From: Chiloscyllium plagiosum | Taxonomy: Eukaryota | Direction: 5' to 3' | NCBI RefSeq assembly: GCF_004010195.1 | Contig: NC_057718.1 | Location: 21,662,523 to 21,722,011 of the forward strand | DNA: 59,489 bases | Shown here: positions 51,583-59,489 of the stretch, piece after piece | Position numbering within the stretch: position 1 is the stretch's first letter | How the letters are laid out: each line of letters begins with the position of its first letter | Notes under the pieces: model-generated | The model's input: only the letters and a program-made list of their open reading frames with translations | Database searches by the model: none | What the model was told of the DNA's origin: nothing | Made by a program: the position numbers and the translations under genes

Positions 51583-53098
51583 CTCACCATGTCCAGCAAG
51601 AATCTGTCCTGACATCTGAAACTCAGTTTGAAAATGTTACACGTTGTTACATTGAGAAAGCCCTCGCCTGACTTCTCTCATTACTTAATGTCATTCAAGA
51701 CCCTAAAAAAATTCTGCATTGTCTGAAAATGTCCCAGAACAACACTCATGAAATTCTTGCACCAATTTCTCCTGTGTCTTAAGAAGGTATCTCTGAGCTT
51801 CTACACGGTGTCTTTCACATACTGTGTTGATGATAATGCAACTTCTCTATCAGAGAACTAAGAAACACCACTGCACCAACAAAAATTCCAATATTTATTC
51901 TAAATACCAAAACATTTCAAAAGTCTGGTACACTGGCTGTTCATCTCCTCAGGTGGTGTAAATTAATAGCTTTGTTATAAGTTTTCTCTCAAACATTGAT
52001 TCTCAATATTAACCTGATTATCCAAATTATTTTGACAGGATTAAGGCCTTGGGCAGTGTTACAGAGAGACCTTGAGGTTCAGGTACATAATTCTTTGAAG
52101 TCTGCATTACATATAGATAAGCTTGCCTTCATTGCTTAGACCTTTGAATACTGGAGTTGGGATGTTATGTTGAGGATGTAGAGGTCATTCTTGACCAATG
52201 AATGAATAGACCCCTGACTGATATCTATGTAGTTCCTCCACTGACATATAATTCTCCAGACTGGTTTCACGGGTCCTGTAGGAATGGCCCATATCCTGAA
52301 CTGTAGTGATAAACAAACCCTGACCCTGACTTTCTGAAATGACTGACTGATTGTGTCCAAGCCCCTGGACAAACATCAGATGTTGCATGTGAACTATTGA
52401 ACTGGAGGCTCCTGACAGAATGTTATCTCCCTTGGCCAGTGGGAAAATGAGAAATTGCATATTAATGAAGTGAGGTTAGGTAAGTGTGGTATGCTAATGC
52501 ATTTAAATGAACTCAATAGATATCTTGTTGTCACTAGAAAGATTCTTATCTGACCATTCAACACTTAGTTGCAAGATCAGACTTTTTCTTTATGATGTGG
52601 AAAATCTCATTTCTGCAAGTCCAGCCTTATCTTTCCAACTGGCTCGCCAATGCTCATGTCAAGCAGAGGCTTGGAGAAATTCCACCCTATGTTCCTTCGG
52701 CCGTATTTAGACAGATGGATGTGGCAAAACGTGAAATCAGTCCTCCTAGTAGATGGCTGGCAAGCAAGCAGCAGCAGCAGCAACATTCTCCAGAGGGGAT
52801 GTGCTGGTCACAGCTACTTCCTGCAGTGAAGAAAAATGGAAAACAAGTCTAAAAAAATTTACAAAATTATAAAATGAGGACCAAAGTGGTCTAGAAGATA
52901 TCTCTGATTCCTCCTGGTACAATGCTTAAAAAAAAATGTCTTGATGTTTCCCTATGAGTTCCAAATATTTCAATGTAGTGAAAACAAATAAATCAAATTC
53001 TACATTAAAAATACATTTCAAAATAGTTTCTGAAATGATTATTCAAATTAATCTGTGACAATAAGAACGTTAAGTAGATAAGTTATGTTATTACTGAC

Positions 53099-53174
53099 CT
53101 GGCTTAGGATGAGAAAGCCAGTCTATATGGAGCCCTCTATTTCTGGCTTGCTCTAATGTTAAATAATTTCTTTC
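53099..53174 (-). CDS. MTR: Methionine synthase exon
   Basis: ERNYLTLEQARNRGLHIDWLSHPKP; tttgcag/gtcagt; 76 nt. Confidence 0.94.
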
Positions 53175-53557
53175 CTGCAAACAATAAAATTCTGATCAAT
53201 GAACAGACAAATTACCTGTGACACTGAAACACATCAAATTTCCTCATCAGCATAATTGCATATAATTGCCAACACTTATTGCAAACTTAAAATTTTGAGA
53301 TTGAAGCAGAATAGGATAATTGATCCGTTAGCTCATTCTTTCATGAAACTGATTTCCTTAATATCACAAAACAAGGTTAAGCATGAATATTGATTTATTT
53401 TTCTGAACTAAATTCCAAATGATCTATCCTCACATCTCTTAACACCTCAACCCAGACCTATTCTCATTCAAAGAAAACATAATTTTCTCCCTTTCCTCAG
53501 AGGGACATGGAACCATTATGTCTCAGTATTTGATGTATAACTAGTGTATAAACTGAC

Positions 53558-53656
53558 CATTAAAGAATCATAATAATCCTGTCGAATCTCTTCATATTCT
53601 TCAGTTACTTCCTCAAAGTAGTCATCCTTAAGGTAATCATCCAAAAGTTGAGAGCA
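53558..53656 (-). CDS. MTR: Methionine synthase exon
   Basis: [33 protein letters not shown]; ag/gtcagt boundaries; 99 nt, phase 0. Confidence 0.95.
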
Positions 53657-54419
53657 CTACAATTTATAAAACAAGGGGATATGTATGAGCCAAAAAAAAC
53701 ATTCAAAGAAGCATAAAAATAACTCCAAGTGTAGTCACAGACGAGATTGTAGCTGAAAAAGACATTGTAAAATGGTCTTTTCTAAGAAATATGCAAGTTT
53801 TGTATTACCAAATGATTATTAATAATATACAAGTAAACACTTTCAAAGCATTACAAGTTCTTAGATATGTCTCACATTTAGAATGATTCACTGAAGCTGT
53901 TAGATATTTATGGATCCTATTATTCCAAGCATTGATGTAGGGAATTGAAAAAGACATTGTTTGTGTAATGGTGAGTTTTTAGAAACAAGAATCAGAAACA
54001 GCAATGGGAATAATACTTGGGAATAGTATGTTTAGAAACAGGGGATTAAAGCAGCATGTTTGTGTCAAGCGAGTTTAAAGTTATCATAGTGGGAACTTCT
54101 CCAGCTGTTCTTGAAGCCCAAACTCATTTCTCAAGACAACTAGAAAAATCACAGGGACCATTGAAAGATTTGTATACTCAAGAAGCTTAATAACTGAAAC
54201 AGCTGTGTGGTACTCTGAGTGCCAATTCAAAGCAGCAATGGCTGGAGCGTGCGATACTTGAGCAGCAGATCTGCCAACGCTGTTTTGAATTGCCTCGGTT
54301 AGTTTACATCAACTTGACTACTACTGGAATTGTATATTAAGCCATCAGTCACACATAATAGAAATGATCTTGATTTAAATGTTTGTAAATGTTTTTGATT
54401 TTTAGTTGCACAGGTGGTT

Positions 54420-55870
54420 AAGAACAAAGAACAATACAGAACAAAAATAGACACTTCGGTCCTCCAAGCCAGCACAGACACATTTTGCCCTTCCATCCTA
54501 AAATTGTCTTCACTTACAGAATCCGTATCTTTCTATTCCCTTCCTATTCATGTATTCATCTAGGCACTTCCTGAAAGCTGCTATTGTGTCTGCTTCCACC
54601 GTCTCCTGTGGCAACGCGTTCCAGGCACTCACCACCCTTTGTGTGAAAAGCTTGCTTCGCACATTTTTTTTTTTTTTACATTCTTCCCCCCCCCCCCCAA
54701 CCCCTCGTATTTTTAACCTGTATCCCCTAGTAATTGACCACTCCACCCTGGGCCTCATACTTTCCACTCTATCCATGCCATTCAAAATCTTATAAACATC
54801 CATCAGGACACCCCTCAACCTCCTGCCTTCCAGTGAAAACAAACCCAGTCTATCCAACCTTTCTTCATCGCTAAAATCCCCACAAACTAGGTAACATCCT
54901 GATAAACCTTTTTTGTACCCTCTCCAAAGCATGTACATCCTTCTGGTAGTGTGCTGTCCAGAACTTTATGCAATATTCCAAATGTGGACCTGTACACCCA
55001 GATTCCTTTGCATATCAAAACTCCTAATGGTTCCGTCATTCATTGTATAATTTCCACCTATACTTCCAAAATGCATTACCTCACATTTGTCTGGATTAAA
55101 CTCCATCTGCCATTTTTCTGCCCATGCCTTCAACTGATCTATATCCTGTTTTATCCCCTGACACTCTTCTTCACAATCCGCAACTTCACCAATCTTTATA
55201 TCGTCAGCAAACTTACTGATTAAACAAGCTAAGTTTTCCTCCAAATCATTTATGTAGATCATGAACAGCAGAGATTCCAGCAAGGATCCCTGTAGAACAC
55301 CATTAGTCACAACCGTCCATTCCAAAAAGCATCCTTCCACTGCTACTTTCTGTCTCCAATGACTAAGCCAGTTCTACATCCATCTTGCTAGCTAACCCCA
55401 ATACCATGTGACTTCACCTTTTGTATCAATCTGCCATGAGGGACCTTGTCAAAGGCTTTATGAAGTCCACGCAGACAACATCAACTGCTTTTCCCTCAAT
55501 CTTCTTCATCACCTCCTCAAAAACGTGATCAAGTTAGTGAGGCGTGATCTCCCCTGCATCAAACCATTCTATTGCTAATAAGTCCATTTGTTTCTAAATG
55601 TGTGTAGATCTTGTCCCGGAGAATCTTTTCCAATAATTTCCCTACCACCGATGTGAGACTCACATGCCTGTAATTTCCAGGATTATCCCTGTTCCCCTTC
55701 TTAAGTAATAGGACAACTTTGGCTATTCTCCAGTCCTCTGGAGTGTTACCTGTGGCTAAACAGAACACAAAGATGTCTGTCAATGTTCCAGTAACTTGTT
55801 CTCTGGCCTCCCTCAATATTCTAGGATAGATCCCATCAGGGCCTGGGGACTTACCTACCTAAAAACCTTT
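54420..55870 (-). mobile_element. CR1 LINE 3' half
   Basis: PEDWRIAKV, GNYRHVSLTSVVGKLLEKI, SKFADDIKIG, RLGLFSLEGRRLRG. Confidence 0.92.
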
Positions 55871-56015
55871 TAAGAAGCACAAGGTGAAGAATATTTGCTA
55901 AGTCCTTTAAATATAAAATGGGATGTTACATAAAATAAACCAAAACAAATAACTTCAAAATAACAATTCTCAAATGATAAAGTAAATGTGAGAGCAATCT
56001 CATGAGAACACTTAC

Positions 56016-56097
56016 CACAACAACACTCTTCGAAGCATCTAGGACATGAATAGCAGGTGCATTATACTTTGGTGCAATTTTCACAGCGGTGTGTGTT
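56016..56097 (-). CDS. MTR: Methionine synthase exon (end of cobalamin-binding domain); first MTR exon seen in window
   Basis: ttccag acceptor; [27 protein letters not shown]; donor gtaagt; 82 nt. No further upstream MTR exon found in the window. Confidence 0.95.
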
Positions 56098-56838
56098 CTG
56101 GAATGATGAAAGGCAACTCAGAACCAAATAGATGCAAGTTAGTTTAACTGGTTTAACTGTTCTGGGCAGAGTAGCTGAGCCACATCAACTAAAAAGGCAA
56201 CTACACTGCACAAAGTTTTCAATTATTAGCTATAGTGGTAGCCATCAAAAATGTGTTAGGTCAAATAATCTTAGTAAGATTCTATACAGGAGGAGTAGAT
56301 CAAAACAAACTAAATCTCACTAACATTACATGAAAGGAAATGAATATAGTGGACATAAAGCCAGAGATTTTAAGGGAGTACAGTAACTATCTTTCATTCC
56401 TGGATTGGCTGTTTGCCCCTAGTTGCCCTTGAGACGCTCACCTAGTGGTGAGCTGCCTTCTTCAAATGCTGCAGTCCACATGCTGTAGGTAAACCAACAA
56501 TGCCAACAGAGAGGAAATTCCAGGATTTTGCCCCTGTGACCCTGAAGGAATTGTGATAAATTTCCAAGTCAGGACGTTTCGCAGCTTGGAGGGGAATTTT
56601 CAGATGGTGGAGTTCCCATGTATCTATTGTCCTTGTCCTTCTAGATGGAAATGGCCATGGCATTGCAAGGTGCTGACAAAGGAGCTTTTATGAATTTATG
56701 AAGTGCATCTTGTAGACTGTACACACTACTGCTACTGAATGGGGTGGATATTTGCAGACATGGTGCCAATCAAGTGGACTGTTTTGCCCTGGCTGGTGTC
56801 AAGTTGGGGCTATTCTTGTAAATATAGATAGGCTTTAT

Positions 56839-57156
56839 GGGCGGCACGGTGGCACAGTAGTTAGCACTGCTGCCTCACAGCGCCAGAGACCCGGGTTCAA
56901 TTCCCGCCTCAGGCGACTGACTGTGTGGAGTTTGCACGTTCTCCCCGTGTCTGCGTGGGTTTCCTCCGGGCGCTCCGGTTTCCTCCCACAGTCCAAAGAT
57001 GTGCAGGTCAGGTGAATTGGCTATGCTAAATTGCCCGTAGGGGTAGGGGTAGGGGTAGGGGTAGGGGTGGGTTGTGCTTCGGCAGGGCGGGGTGGACTTG
57101 TTGGGCCAAAGGGCCTGTTTCCACACTAAGTAATCTAATCTAATCTAATCTAATCA
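56839..57156 (+). mobile_element. Young HE1-type SINE with internal (GGGGTA)n expansion
   Basis: GGGCGGCACGGTGGCACAGTAGTTAGC head, B box GGTTCAATTCC 56894-56904, CpGs intact, (TAATC)n tail. Confidence 0.9.
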
Positions 57157-57196
57157 CTGAGTGCTTTGGGAGTCAGAGGGTAAAAACAAGGACTGC

Positions 57197-57335
57197 AGAT
57201 GCTGAAAACCAGAGTCTAGATTTGAGTGGTGCTGGAAAAGCACAGCAGGTCAGGCAGCATCCGAGGAGCAGGAAAAATCGACATTTCGAGCAAAAGCCCT
57301 TCATCAAGAATAGAGGCAGGGTGCCTGCAGAGTGG
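57197..57335 (-). mobile_element. PLE family A terminal fragment
   Basis: Reverse complement of about 110-260; hammerhead-like motif 57280-57307 with the first core C changed to T. Confidence 0.75.
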
Positions 57336-58070
57336 AGGCAGTCTGGTTCAGCTTCTGTTCATTGGTAACCCCAGGATGTTGATAGCAGGGGATTCAGTGA
57401 TATTAACACTGCTGAATGTCAAGGGACAATGGTTAGATTACCTCTTGTGGAGAAGGTATTTGCCTGGAACTTGTGTGGTGCAGATGCTGCTTTACAAGAC
57501 CTGAACAATATCCAAGCCTGGATATTGTTCAGGTCTTGCTGCATTTGGAGGAGTCACAAATGGTGCTGTACATTGTTCGCTAATGATTACACACTCTGAT
57601 CTTATGGTGGAGGGAAGGTCATTGAAACAGCAGTTGAGGATGTTTGGGTATTAATAGCACAGATTATGGATGGTAAGAGCCATGATTAGTGAATTCAGTG
57701 AAGAAACAGGTGCCGGAACAAATTACTGCTGATGCCTGAATCTGTACTAAAAACAAAAAATGCTGGAGATCACAGCGGGTCAGACAGCATTCATGGAGAG
57801 ACAGCAAACTAATGTTTTGAGTCCAAATGACTCTTCATCAGAGTGGATGCCATTGTGTAACAACTTTCCATAGGACTAGATAATGATTATCACTTTATGT
57901 GGCATGCACAATATCCTAGCAGATTACAACATTTAACTAGGCATATGAAGGGATTATGCCTGAAACTTTGATTCTCCTTTTCCTCGGATGCTGCCTGACC
58001 TGCTGTGCTTTTCCAGCCCCACACTCTCGACATAGCTATGTTATGCTTTAACTTCATCATGTAAGCACAT

Positions 58071-58555
58071 TGACTCAGTGGTTAGCACTGCTACCTCACA
58101 GCGCCAGGGACCCAGGTTCGATTCCAACCTTGAGTGACTGTCTGTGTGGAGTTTGCATGTTCTCTCAGTGTCTGCGTGGATTTCCTCCACATGCTGCAGT
58201 TTCCTCCCACAGTCCAAAGATGTGCAGGGTAGGTGAATTGGCCATTGTAAATTGTCCACAAGTCGATTCCAACCTTGAGTGACTGTCTGTGTGGAGTTTG
58301 CATGTTCTCTCAGTGTCTGCGTGGATTTCCTCCGCATGCTGCAGTTTCCTCCCACAGTCCAAAAGATGTGCAGGGTAGGTGAATTGGCCATTGTAAATTG
58401 TCCACAAGTGTTTAGGGATGTGTAGATTAGGTGCATTATTAGGTGCATTATGTAGAGTAATAGGGTAGGGAAATAGGTCTGGATGGGTCACTCTTCGGAG
58501 GATCAGAGTGAACTTAGGCCAAATGGGCTGTTTCCACACTGTAGGGATTCTATTC
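58071..58555 (+). mobile_element. HE1-type SINE with internal 145-bp tandem duplication
   Basis: B box GGTTCGATTCC; 58118-58262 repeated at 58263-58408. Confidence 0.88.
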
Positions 58556-59234
58556 AACTCTATTCATGTCCTTTCAGTATGTAACTAACCTTGAAAAGAT
58601 ATGACATGCTTACACGATGGGGTCTTCAGCCAAGTCTTGCTGAGGCTAGTGTCTGTAGTAAACATTGTGTGTTTACTGGTGGATCTTTTGCACAAGTTAC
58701 AATCATCATTAGTGTCATGGGAACTGTATCTAAAGAATGGTCATATAATTAATTTATTAAATGAAGAGAATTAACCAAACATCTGTTTTCTGTTCTTCAA
58801 CTTGTATTAGAGATGGAGGGCATATTATTATTTGATAGTATTTTGACTTCAGTGCAAAAGATATGACAATATGCTCTGAAGCAGTAGTAATGGAAACAAT
58901 ACAACTGAACAGAGGTGTTCATGAATTAAAGGCCATGGAAAGTTAGCAATTGATACTTCTTACAATACAGGCACTGTTTTTAGAAGCATCAGGAGTCCAC
59001 CACAGATTAATAATGTGATCTGCTAAAAATTACTCTTCTTGGCTTGCAGATGATAAATGGTCAGTTAGTCGAGGTACTGAGGGAATTTCGCATCAAACAG
59101 CTGTGCTCTAGCAAGGATGTAACTGTAACATTTCAGCAAAGATGGATAGGGGGAGAAAATTGGCTGAACAATAATAAAAAAAAGGGATGAATAGCTATTA
59201 AACAAACATCTAGCCACTGTTACTTAATAAAAGT

Positions 59235-59489
59235 TTGGGAGAAGATTTGTAGCTCGGGTGCTCGTTGCTGTGGTTCTGTTCGCCGAGCTGGAAGTTTTTG
59301 TTGCAAACGTTTCGTCCCCTGTCTAGGTGACATCCTCAGTGCTTGGAAGCCTCCTGTGAAGCGCTTCTGTGGTGTTTCCTCCGGCATTTATAGTGGCCTG
59401 TCCCTGCCGCTTCCGGTTGTCAGTTTCAGCTGTCCGCTGTAGTGGCCGCCAGGAGGCTCCCAAGCACTGAGGATGTCACCTAGACAGAG
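59235..59489 (-). mobile_element. Young PLE terminus (family C-related) with hammerhead motif and inverted copy, truncated by the window edge
   Basis: Minus strand GCA-CTGAGGA-T-GTCACC-TAGACA-GGGGAC-GAAAC-GTT-TGC at 59306-59339; about 59450-59489 is the reverse complement of about 59317-59356; CpGs intact. Confidence 0.8.

Noticed and set aside
56839..56910. tRNA-like sequence with A and B boxes
   Set aside because: It is the tRNA-derived head of an HE1 SINE and continues into SINE core and tail; same for 18255 and 58071

Overview
Vertebrate genomic DNA, almost certainly a shark or ray (HE1-type SINEs, abundant CR1 LINEs). Two spliced genes lie tail-to-tail. (1) On + is a complete 6-exon ADP-dependent glucokinase: join 993..1167, 10657..10816, 20632..20822, 25055..25151, 27081..27217, 34867..35534 (1428 nt, 475 aa, all GT-AG, phases consistent). 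It looks like the divergent ADPGK2-type paralogue rather than mammalian ADPGK. (2) On - are the last nine coding exons of cobalamin-dependent methionine synthase (MTR), 56097 down to the stop at 41919. The introns are filled with decayed retroelements: CR1, L2/Rex-like, RTE, Tx1-like, HE1 and Deu-domain SINEs, and several Penelope-like element (PLE) families. The most notable non-genic signal is about a dozen minimal hammerhead-ribozyme motifs (CUGANGA-n-stem II-GAAA-palindrome-NUH) from at least four sequence families with covarying helices. They sit in PLE termini and in short palindromic non-coding insertions, two of which have clear target-site duplications. The ADPGK promoter also has a tight cluster of ACGT-core UPRE/HRE/E-box motifs, and the last MTR intron holds a candidate in-frame 96-nt cassette exon. 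Repeat boundaries are approximate and family names come from recalled motifs, not database searches.
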